NCBI RefSeq assembly: GCF_030684315.1
Contig: NC_081389.1
Coordinates: forward strand, 11,821,048-11,885,047
DNA length: 64,000 bases
Direction: 5' to 3'
DNA from: Stegostoma tigrinum
Taxonomy: Eukaryota
This document shows positions 28,627 to 36,989 of the stretch, one piece after another (position 1 is the stretch's first letter; every line of letters starts with the position of its first letter). The position numbers and the translations under genes are program-made. The notes below the pieces were generated by a model. It saw only the letters and a list, made by a program, of their open reading frames with translations. It was not told the origin of the DNA and searched no databases.

Positions 28627-28960
28627 TCATAGAATGGATTCCCTACAGCATGAAAGCAGGCCATTCAGCCCATTGAGTCTACATCGATCCTCCAGACCTA
28701 CCCTGCTATCCTATCCCTGAACCCTGTATTTCCCATGGCTATTCCATCTATCCTGCACTTTCTAGAACACTGTGGACAATTTTAGCATGGCCAATCAACA
28801 TAATCTTCGGGAGGAAGCCGGAGCACCTGGAGGAAACCCATGCAGACATGAGAATGTGGCAAACTCCACCTGAGAAACTGTCACCTGAGGCTCAAATTGA
28901 AGCCCAGGGCCCTGGTGCAGTGAGGCAGCAGTGCTAACCTTTGAGCTACCATGCAGCCCT
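28627..28960 (-). mobile_element. HE1-type SINE
   Basis: tttagcatggccaatc..ggagcacctggaggaaaccca..gaggcagcagtgctaacc. Confidence 0.8.
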
Positions 28961-29574
28961 GTAAGCGTGGAGTTAAGGGTTGGAGAGTTGGTGCAGACCT
29001 GATTTTGTCCAAATGGCCTCGATCTGCACTTTTGAGAATCTGATTTTATGAAAGATTGTTGTCAATTTGCGCACAGCAAGCTGCCTCAAACAGCAGTGTA
29101 ATCATGGTTGTCTTGTTGCTGGTTTTTTGGAGGATAAATATTAATCATGATAGTGAGGAGAACACTCATTCTCTTCTTCAAAATGGGATAGTTTAGAACT
29201 ATTTGATTGGCAGGACCCTAGGTCAAGATTGCACCCGAACAAAACATCTGTGAGAGTGAGGTGTCTTCACGGTGGTATTTCCTTGCTCCTGTTCAACAGC
29301 TATGCAAGTGCATACCATTAGGTTAGTCTTAGTTAGAGATCTGAAGTGTGAGCAACCGGGCTTGCACTGGAATCAATCCATCACTGTCTCAATCGCATCA
29401 ATGCAGCCAGGCGAGAAGTTCAAGGATTATTGTGCCGATACAAATTGAGCATTTTTTCAGCCCTTGAAAAAGAAGAGATTTGCTTCTTAACAAATGAGAA
29501 CACAGTTGAGACCTGTTTCTGATTTTTGTTGATGAGTGCTGCCTTTTCTGTTCCTGAAAATTATGGTTTGTGTG

Positions 29575-30860
29575 GATACAGTGTGGAGCTGGAGGAACAC
29601 AGCAGGCCAGGCAGTATTGAAGGAGCAGGAAAGTCGAAATTTTGGGTTCACACCCTTCATTGGGACTTGGGTGGGGGAAGGGAGGTCAGAAAAAGAGGTA
29701 AGAGGGAAGGGGGTGGGGCTGGGGAAGGGGGGTGGGATAGTGGAAGATGGATGCAGGTATGGGGTTGTGGAGATGGCTAATGGAAAGGATGGATCAGGTG
29801 GGCAAGAAAATGGACAGGTTGTGTTGGGCCAGGGAGGCTGGGATGAGATACAGGGTTGAACGTGAGATGAGGCCAGGAGTGGGGAGATTGGGGCGGAATA
29901 TGAGGTGTTGTTCCTCCAGCTTATGCATGGCATCATTGTCACACTGGAGGAAGCCCAAGGTGGGCATGTCGTCAAGCAAGTGGGAGGGGGAGTTAAAATG
30001 GTTGGGAACCAGAAGGTGCTGTTGCTTATAGTGTACAGAGCACAGATGCTGTGTGAAATGGCCCCCAAGTCTGTGTTTGGTCTTGTTTGATGCAGAGGAG
30101 ACCACGTCGGGAGGATTGGATACAGTAGACCAGGTTGGAGGAAGTACAGGTGAACCCCTGTTAGATGTAGAAAGATTGTTTGGGGCCTTTGATAGAGGTG
30201 AGGAGGGAGGTGTAGGGGCAGGTGTAGCACCTCCTGTGGTTGCAGCGGAAGGTGCCAGGTGTGGTGTGGTGGGGTTGGTGGGGAGCAAACGAGGGATTTG
30301 TGGAGTGCGCGGTCCCTATGGAAGGCAGATAGGGTTGGGGAGGGAAATATCTCTTTAGTTATGGGCTCAAGTTGCAGGTGGCGAAAGTGGCGGAGCATAA
30401 TGCGTTGGATGCCAAGGTTGGTGGGGTGATGTGAGGACAAGGAGGAATTCTGTGTATATTTTTGTTGGTGGGGGAGGGGGGTTTAAGGGCAGAAGTGTGA
30501 GAAACGCAAGAGATGTGGTTGAGGGCATTATGAATCATAGGAGGGGAGAAGTTACAGTCCTTGAAGTATGAGAATATCTGGCATGCCTGGAGGAGGAATA
30601 CTCCATAATCTTGGGAGTAGATGTGGCAGAGAATTGGGAGCATGGGGTCACATTCTTGCAGGAGGGTGGGTGAGAGGAGGTGTCATCTAGGTAGCTGTGG
30701 GAGTCAGACTTGAAATAGATGTCAATTTCGAGGCGGTCACCAGAGATGGAGAGGTCCAGGAAGGAGAGAGAGGTATTGGAGGTGATCCCGGTAAATTTTG
30801 AGGTGAAGGTTGAAGGTGAAAGGTGTCAGTAAAGTTGATGAACTGTTCAAGCTCCTAATG
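29575..30860 (-). mobile_element. Decayed Penelope-like element (RT C-terminal part, GIY-YIG, terminal repeat); left part of the copy interrupted by R2
   Basis: Frameshifted fragments ILRHFRHLQ..FPSP.LSAFHRDR, TKHRLGGHFTQHL and KLEEQHLIFR; terminal arm at about 29575-29660. Homologous to the element at 7.0-8.1 kb. Confidence 0.88.
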
Positions 30861-30878
30861 GGCGGGAGTAACTATGAC
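30861..30878 (+). rRNA. 18-nt fragment of 28S rRNA carried at the R2 5' end (not an rRNA gene)
   Basis: GGCGGGAGTAACTATGAC matches the conserved 28S sequence upstream of the R2 site (GGCGGGAGTAACTATGACTCTCTTAAGG/TAGCCAA). No other rDNA was seen in the window. Confidence 0.88.
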
Positions 30879-30948
30879 ATCTAGTTACAGGTCGGCCACC
30901 TCCTCGTGGTTCCCCCGGAAGCAGGCTGGGCCTGACCAAGAGCCGACC
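30861..30948 (+). ncRNA. HDV-like self-cleaving ribozyme of the R2 5' UTR
   Basis: Hand-folded. P1 GGCGGG 30861-66 / UCCCCC 30911-16 (one C-C mismatch). J1/2 hairpin GUAACUA 30868-74 / UAGUUAC 30882-88. P2 GGUCGGC 30890-96 / GCCGACC 30942-48. P3 ACC/GGU around L3 UCCUCGU 30901-07. P1.1 GG 30917-18. P4 CAGGC/GCCUG 30922-34. J4/2 ACCAAG with putative catalytic C30936. Confidence 0.9.
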
Positions 30949-31021
30949 GACCACGTCTGGGGGGGTTAGCTCCCCCCCCAAGACGTCCCGCTGCTGTGCT
31001 ACGTCACAACAAGACATAGAT

Positions 31022-34000
31022 ATGCCCGAGGCCACTGCCTCGGCACACAGCAGTCAAAGAGGGACCGCGATGTTTGTCTGCGAACATTGTGGTAAGGAGT
31101 ACAGATCTAGATCTGGACTTAGTGGACACAGAAGGATGCACTTTGCAGAGGGTGAGACCAGAGCCGTGCCGATCTGGAAGTGCGACATATGTCAAGCCGC
31201 CTTTGGTACAAAGATCGGACTTTCCCAGCATCAGCGTCGACAACATGCGGAAGTAGACAACCAGAGGAAATTAGAAGGTATGAAAGTGGTGAAGAGAAGA
31301 TGGGAGCCTTACGAGGATGAGCGTATAAGAGATTATACTGCCACCCACTGGAGGCCTGGGATGGATAAGAAGGTTGTCTACCAAGCCCTGGCTGAGCAAT
31401 TAGGACGGTCCTCAGAGGCGGTGCGCGCTAGACTGAGATCCATTGGTTGGCCGGAGGTGGGAGAACGGACCCCGATGGTGGATGTGCCTTCGGACACAAT
31501 AGAGGGACGGCAAATCTCCGTCACACCATCGGGTGAGGAATTAAAGGCAGCAGAACCCTGGGACTATGGAGTAGCCACTGTGGCGCTACAGGACCCGGAG
31601 CTTACCATTCGAGAACGGGATACGACGGAACAAGAACAACCTCTAACGGTGATGACACCTGGTGTAACCCCGGAAAGAGGAGACACTCGAGAAGCCCGCA
31701 CGGAATCTCACGAGAAACATCCTTCAGTAACGTGTGAGGGTTGGCGTAATTGCTTATTGTTAGCGGCTAGCCAACAGCTCCGAGATGCTCACATGGAGGA
31801 GTTTGGATGCCTTCTACTACGGCGATTGATCGAGCGGGTCATCCAAGGGGAGTGTTCGTTGACAGAGGCTAGAAAAATACTGGATGAACATGCCGAGGAA
31901 TATTTGCAGGCGAAATGGATTCCATCAAAGGTTCGTGTAACAGCAGAAACGACTCGAAGATTGAATGCCAAGCAGCGACGACGAAAGGAGTATGCACATG
32001 TCCAAGCTCACTGGGCAAAACGGAGGGGAGACATTGTTAAGACTATCCTCCGTGGGGAGTGGCGGGACATGGTCGCTGCTGGTAAGGGCTGGCCTGAAGG
32101 TACATTTCAGTATTGGGAGGGTCTCTTGTCACGCGAGCCCAAAAAGGATGACAGGCCGATTCGGAAAATCCTGGAAGAACGTTGGGATTTAGTCGCTCCA
32201 TGTGAGGTAGAGGATGTGAAGAAAGCCATAACGGCTTCTAAGGGTACAGCACCAGGTGTTGATAGGATATCAGCCGAGCAGATGGCAGCAGCAGACGTAA
32301 ATGTGTGGGCTGCATATTTCAACATTATTATCGCTCTGGAGTATGTCCCGAAGAGGCTTCGCGTTTCCCGGATAACATTGGTCCCGAAGTCAGAGGGAAA
32401 AATCGAACATCCCTCAAACTTGAGGCCGATAAATGTAACGTCGGTGGTGCTCCGGGTCCTTCATAAGATCCTGGCTGAGAGATGGATGAACTGTTTGAAT
32501 TTGCCATCATTTCAATTCGGTTTCTTACGAACGGACGGTACATACGAAGCTACACAGTTGGTATCGGCAATATTGCGTGAAGCCCGAGCAAGATTCGACA
32601 ATCTATCTTGTGCTTTCGTCGATCTCTCGAAAGCATTTGATCTGGTCGCCCATGATACGATTCTCAGATCGGCGGCGGGATTCGGAGCACCTCCCCCACT
32701 GGTGACTCTGTTGAAGAGTGGCCTTGAAGAGGCAGAAGCCCTTTTGGGTAGCTCTACGATAAGAGCTGGTAGAGGGGTGAGGCAAGGGGATCCGCTATCT
32801 CCGTTGCTATTCATTATGGCAATGGATGAGGTGATCGAATTGGCCGACCGCAGCATAGGTTACCAATTTGTGGGAGAGAAGGTGGATGTGGTTGCCTACG
32901 CAGACGATCTGATGGTGATGGCTGAGAACGAACAACGGTTGCGGGAAAAATTATCCAAGCTGTCAACATCTTTGGATATGGCCGGAATGACGATCAATCC
33001 GGGAAAATCAAGAACTCTCTCGATCGTTGGTTCGAAAAAGAACAAAAAGGTAGCTGTCAAAGAAATGAATATCAAGGTACAGGGTATGGACATTCCATCA
33101 ATGGGTCCAACTGACCAGATCAAATATCTTGGAATCCAGTTAAACTGGAAGGGACGAGCGCCAATACCACACAAGAAGATTCTCAGTGATATGCTTCGGG
33201 AGGTTACTCGGGCCCCCTTGAAACCACAGCAAAGGGTGGAAATCGTCCGTTCCTATTTGATACCGAAGATGAAATATACCCTTACTTTGGGTGAGGCCCA
33301 TAGGAATACCTTAAAGGCTCTAGATCGGCAAATCAGACAGTCAGTTAGAACTTGGCTTCGTCTCCCGAAGGATGCCCCCATTGGGTTTATACATTCTTCC
33401 CTAAGAGATGGGGGACTCGGGATTTCATCACTTTCATCAATAATCCCGATTGAGAAGGGGAGGCGAATGGAGCGTCTCTTGGCCAAGGACATACCCTGGA
33501 TCCGGGCGTTAGTGACACTGAGATCCTTCCAGCCAGTATGTAGAGAGATGATTAGACCGGGCAAGGTTGGAGGAGTGGAGGTTTCCACAGTAGAAGAGGT
33601 TAAAGAAGAATGGAAGAAACGTCTAGTGTCCCACGCGGATTGCAAGATCTTACAGGGTGTGAGGGTAGATCAAGTATCCCATAGATGGTTGCAGAATAAT
33701 GAGAGGATGTTCCCGAGACTCTTCATAAGAGCAACTCAATTAAGAACAGGCTCGCTTTCGACGAAAGTTCGAAGATCTCGGGGAGCTCGTGCCCAGGGTG
33801 ACTGTAAATGCCGTGGGAACTGTGGCAGTCCGGAGACTCTCCATCATATATTGCAGAGCTGTGAGATAACTCATGACGCGCGCTGTGCACGACATAATCG
33901 TGTAATGAAACAACTTGTACGTCAGATGCGGCGATTGAAGGATGTGGAGGTAATTATGGAGCCGAGAATACCATTGAGAGTCTCGTTCTGCAAACCAGAC

Positions 34001-34336
34001 ATCATTATGATGGAGGGTGAGACTGCTTATATCTGCGATGTTGCGGTGCCACTGGAATCACGACTGGAAGAGTCATGGAAGATGAAGATCGCGAAATATG
34101 GAAGTGATGAAGTTGTAACCGCAACTCTTAGATATTTGACAGCGACTGGCCACAGGATCTCAACAATCAAGCAAACTCCGGTGATAATATCATGCCGTGG
34201 ACTCATCTACGACAAAAGCGCAAACATTCTCCAGAGGCTCGGCATCTCCAAAATTTCGATCGGAGACCTGGTTACAACAACTATGGCAGGAAGTCTCAAT
34301 TGTTATGATATGTATATGCGCGGTGCATGTGGGTAG
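31022..34336 (+). CDS. R2 retrotransposon protein (2x C2H2 zinc finger, Myb, reverse transcriptase, CCHC knuckle, restriction-like endonuclease), 1104 aa
   Basis: Zinc fingers CEHC..HRRMH and CDIC..HQRRQH; Myb-like KRRWEPYEDERI. RT motifs APGVD, LRPINV, QFGF, FVDLSKAFDLVAH, GVRQGDPLSPLLF, AYADDL and KYLG. R2-typical APLKPQQR and GGLG. Knuckle CRGNCGSPETLHHILQSC, then RHN and endonuclease KPDII..CDV..K.AKY. No stops or frameshifts. Confidence 0.96.
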   Translation: MPEATASAHSSQRGTAMFVCEHCGKEYRSRSGLSGHRRMHFAEGETRAVPIWKCDICQAAFGTKIGLSQHQRRQHAEVDNQRKLEGMKVVKRRWEPYEDERIRDYTATHWRPGMDKKVVYQALAEQLGRSSEAVRARLRSIGWPEVGERTPMVDVPSDTIEGRQISVTPSGEELKAAEPWDYGVATVALQDPELTIRERDTTEQEQPLTVMTPGVTPERGDTREARTESHEKHPSVTCEGWRNCLLLAASQQLRDAHMEEFGCLLLRRLIERVIQGECSLTEARKILDEHAEEYLQAKWIPSKVRVTAETTRRLNAKQRRRKEYAHVQAHWAKRRGDIVKTILRGEWRDMVAAGKGWPEGTFQYWEGLLSREPKKDDRPIRKILEERWDLVAPCEVEDVKKAITASKGTAPGVDRISAEQMAAADVNVWAAYFNIIIALEYVPKRLRVSRITLVPKSEGKIEHPSNLRPINVTSVVLRVLHKILAERWMNCLNLPSFQFGFLRTDGTYEATQLVSAILREARARFDNLSCAFVDLSKAFDLVAHDTILRSAAGFGAPPPLVTLLKSGLEEAEALLGSSTIRAGRGVRQGDPLSPLLFIMAMDEVIELADRSIGYQFVGEKVDVVAYADDLMVMAENEQRLREKLSKLSTSLDMAGMTINPGKSRTLSIVGSKKNKKVAVKEMNIKVQGMDIPSMGPTDQIKYLGIQLNWKGRAPIPHKKILSDMLREVTRAPLKPQQRVEIVRSYLIPKMKYTLTLGEAHRNTLKALDRQIRQSVRTWLRLPKDAPIGFIHSSLRDGGLGISSLSSIIPIEKGRRMERLLAKDIPWIRALVTLRSFQPVCREMIRPGKVGGVEVSTVEEVKEEWKKRLVSHADCKILQGVRVDQVSHRWLQNNERMFPRLFIRATQLRTGSLSTKVRRSRGARAQGDCKCRGNCGSPETLHHILQSCEITHDARCARHNRVMKQLVRQMRRLKDVEVIMEPRIPLRVSFCKPDIIMMEGETAYICDVAVPLESRLEESWKMKIAKYGSDEVVTATLRYLTATGHRISTIKQTPVIISCRGLIYDKSANILQRLGISKISIGDLVTTTMAGSLNCYDMYMRGACG

Positions 34337-34504
34337 AATAATGTTCAATAAAAGTCCCGAAATGATCTGTGCCCCTTATATTTCGCAGAAAACACTTATG
34401 ATGAGCTAATCGCCTGACCTCGCGTCCCTCGGCGACAATAGCACTTTAGTGCAGTTTTTAGGGATTGGGTACCACCACTGTGTGTCCCAACCAAATACAT
34501 GTTA

Positions 34505-34551
34505 TAGCACTGGTCAACGTAGTGAAAGAAGAAGTGAGGGATGGTGCCAGT
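34505..34551 (-). mobile_element. Continuation of the Penelope RT (YIDD-motif region) on the other side of the R2 insertion
   Basis: The - strand reads GTIPHFFFHYVD, resembling the Penelope RT segment P.LFLRYIDD that normally precedes EEL/VEQFINF, which is seen at about 30830-30860. Confidence 0.7.
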
Positions 34552-36129
34552 TGAAGATTGTGATTCTGTGCATTTCAAACTCAACCTCATTGTGAACAGT
34601 TTGGAGTGCATCTCGGTGGGCATTTAGTGTTGGAGTAACAAGCTATCGTTGCACTGCCAATATCTCAGACTGTCTTTTTTTGCCACGTGGTAGCATTAAG
34701 GATTGCAGTACCAAAGCCCTAATCAAATTCAAGAACTGTGAGAAACTGGAAGGGTTAAATGTCTGAATTTTCCCCAAGTTTGTGGGAGATCTTGTAATGA
34801 AACCACTCATGTGACACCCAACTGGAGAGATCATTCACCCAATCGTCTGTCAGTAACAATATCCAAGAGCTACTAGGTGAGCGATGGTGAGTGTCTTTCC
34901 CTCTCGTTGGCCTTGATACAGCTGGCCGTCCAATGGAAGGCTAATGCCTTCTGTGTCCTAAAGCCCACTAGGCAAGACCTTCTTGCCACTGGAGTCTATT
35001 GTTTAAAGCCACCCCCTTACCAGCCATCTGTGCCTCTGATTGCCCCAGATGGAGATGGTGAGTCAAGGTTCTTGTGTGGCCATTAATTGACCACATAAGG
35101 ATCTTTCCCACTCTTGACAAGTTGACGAAGTTGCCCATGGATCTTCCTGCCTACCACTTAGTTCGTGAGGTAGCACGAAATGGATGAGTTTATCTCCAGT
35201 GCTAAGTCACCCAAATATTGCCCCCTCTTGCCAACTCCCAGGAGGGAGCACTTACTCCGTGTTCCTGTGCTCTCAAAGGGCCAAACATTTGTCTACCAGT
35301 AAGAACAAGAGGCCCTTTTCTGTTACAGGAATGTATCCTGTGGAAAATGTACCTTAGCCAACGTTGCTTTTAAATAGAAAACAAAATTGTGATCTAGTTT
35401 CTTGTAACTTGTGTAAGCTGTTGTTGCTGTTCTTGCTGGTTGGAGATTGGGAGGATAAAGGTGAGCTTGAGAACTCTTAAAATAAGGTAATCAGGAGGGA
35501 CTGAAATATAATGAGCAGAGAGGAAGCCTCACATGTTGGTGCCAAGGGAGCAGGCAGGGGTCACAGAGTGGCGATAGATAATCTCCCTAACAATCCACTA
35601 TCCTGCCACTCTAGAAAGTCGGACAGATCACTGTTGTCCATGGAAATGGAGAGGAGGAGGAGGAGGGGTATGGGTGGATTAAAAGAAATGATTTGTTCGA
35701 ATTGTGTGGAAACTAAAAAACCATTTGCCCACTTTCAGCCACTATGGATGGCTGACTGACTAAATTAATAATGAGCTATTTATTTAATTATTCATATCTT
35801 CTCTTTGGAATTGCCAGTTGTGGGATATGGTGAGTTAAGGAACAGTTATAATTAAGATGACATAATAGTGGTCATTAAAAGAATTGACAGCACAGACGAA
35901 AGCTACATGTGTGTTGTTTATGCTCTAAATGAGCCTTCACCCCTACTGCCATTAACATTAACTCTGATTTATCTCTATACAGATGCTGCCAGACCTGCTA
36001 AGTTTCTCCCAGCAATTTCCTTTTCTTGATCTCTAATTTCCTGCAGCTGCAGTTCTTTGTTTTTATTTACGTACCACCTGTTTGGCCATGATTTTGTCTG
36101 CTTATTCTAATGTTTAAAGGTGGAGTCCA

Positions 36130-36450
36130 TGGCTTTTTAAGAATTATCACTGATTAATCCAAAGACCCAGATCATGATCCGGGGACCTGGTTCACATCCC
36201 GCCGTGGCAGATCATGGAATTTGAATTCAATTAAAAGAAATCTAGAGTTATGAGTCTGATGATCATGAATCCACTGTCAATTGTTGAGAAAACCACATCT
36301 GGTTCACTTTACAGAAGGGAACTGGCATCCTTACCTGGTCTGGATTACATATGACTCCCTGGATCCATAGCAATGTGGTTGACTCTTAACAGGCCTCTAG
36401 GATGGGCACATATTGGTCTTGCCAGCGGTGCCTTCACCCTGTGAGTGAAT
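36130..36450 (+). mobile_element. Second SINE family copy ending about 130 bp upstream of the CD276 IgV exon
   Basis: tggaatttgaattcaa..acatctggttcact..gcaatgtggttgactcttaac. Confidence 0.75.
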
Positions 36451-36583
36451 TTTAAAAAAAAATCTAAATGGGGCTCTTAAAAATCAATATCTCTCTTCTT
36501 CCCTTTCTCCCACTAATCCTTTAAATGTGTGTGCATGCAAAGTCTGACAGAATTCTCATTTTGTTTTTTTTTTACATTCCCAG

Positions 36584-36925
36584 GGGTCTTCAAGATCCAA
36601 GTACCAGAAGTTCCTGTCGTTGCCATCTTTGGGAAAGATATCACCCTGAACTGCTCCTTCATCACCAATGCCACCTTTTCCTTGGGCGACCTCACTGTCA
36701 TTTGGCAGCTTACAGAGACTCGGAAGATGGTGCGCAACTACCCGATCCAGCAGGACCAGCTGGCAGACAGCTTTGCGAACAGGACAGCTCTGTTCACTGA
36801 AGAGCTGGAAAAGGGGAATGCTTCTTTGCTGTTGAGGCATGTCCGGATTGAGGACGAGGGCAGCTTCACCTGCTTTGTGAGAATTAAAAGTCACCAGAGT
36901 GCTTCCATCATGCTCCGACTGGCTG
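36584..36925 (+). CDS. CD276: CD276 (B7-H3) IgV-domain exon
   Basis: Polypyrimidine tract and AG at 36582-83, GT donor at 36926, phase 1/1. Translation VFKIQVPEVPVVA..LNCSF..IWQLTET..FANRTALF..GNASLLL..VRIEDEGSFTCFV closely parallels the mammalian B7-H3 IgV as I recall it. Confidence 0.93.
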
Positions 36926-36989
36926 GTATGAGGACGTGAGATTGTGCCCAGAGCAGTGGCTCCCAGTCTTATATTACTTACACTGAAGC

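Larger units (their letters stand above)
30861..34504 (+). mobile_element. Full-length R2-clade non-LTR retrotransposon inserted outside rDNA
   Basis: 28S-derived 18-mer and HDV-like ribozyme at the 5' end, one intact 3.3-kb ORF with R2 domain order, and a ~170-nt structured 3' UTR. Penelope RT sequence lies on both sides: left reads (- strand) H*ELEQFINF, right reads GTIPHFFFHYVD. The 3' boundary is placed just before TAGC (34505-34508) and is less certain than the 5' boundary. Confidence 0.93.

Noticed and set aside
29487-30440. 317-aa ORF as a host gene
   Set aside because: It drifts across frames of a decayed Penelope element and its Pro-rich low-complexity tail; there is no coherent protein.
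30861-30878. A real 28S rRNA gene or rDNA unit
   Set aside because: Only 18 nt match and both flanks are Penelope sequence; the fragment came in with the R2 RNA.
31789-33645. Antisense and alternate-frame ORFs within R2
   Set aside because: Shadow ORFs of a long coding sequence with no recognisable motifs.
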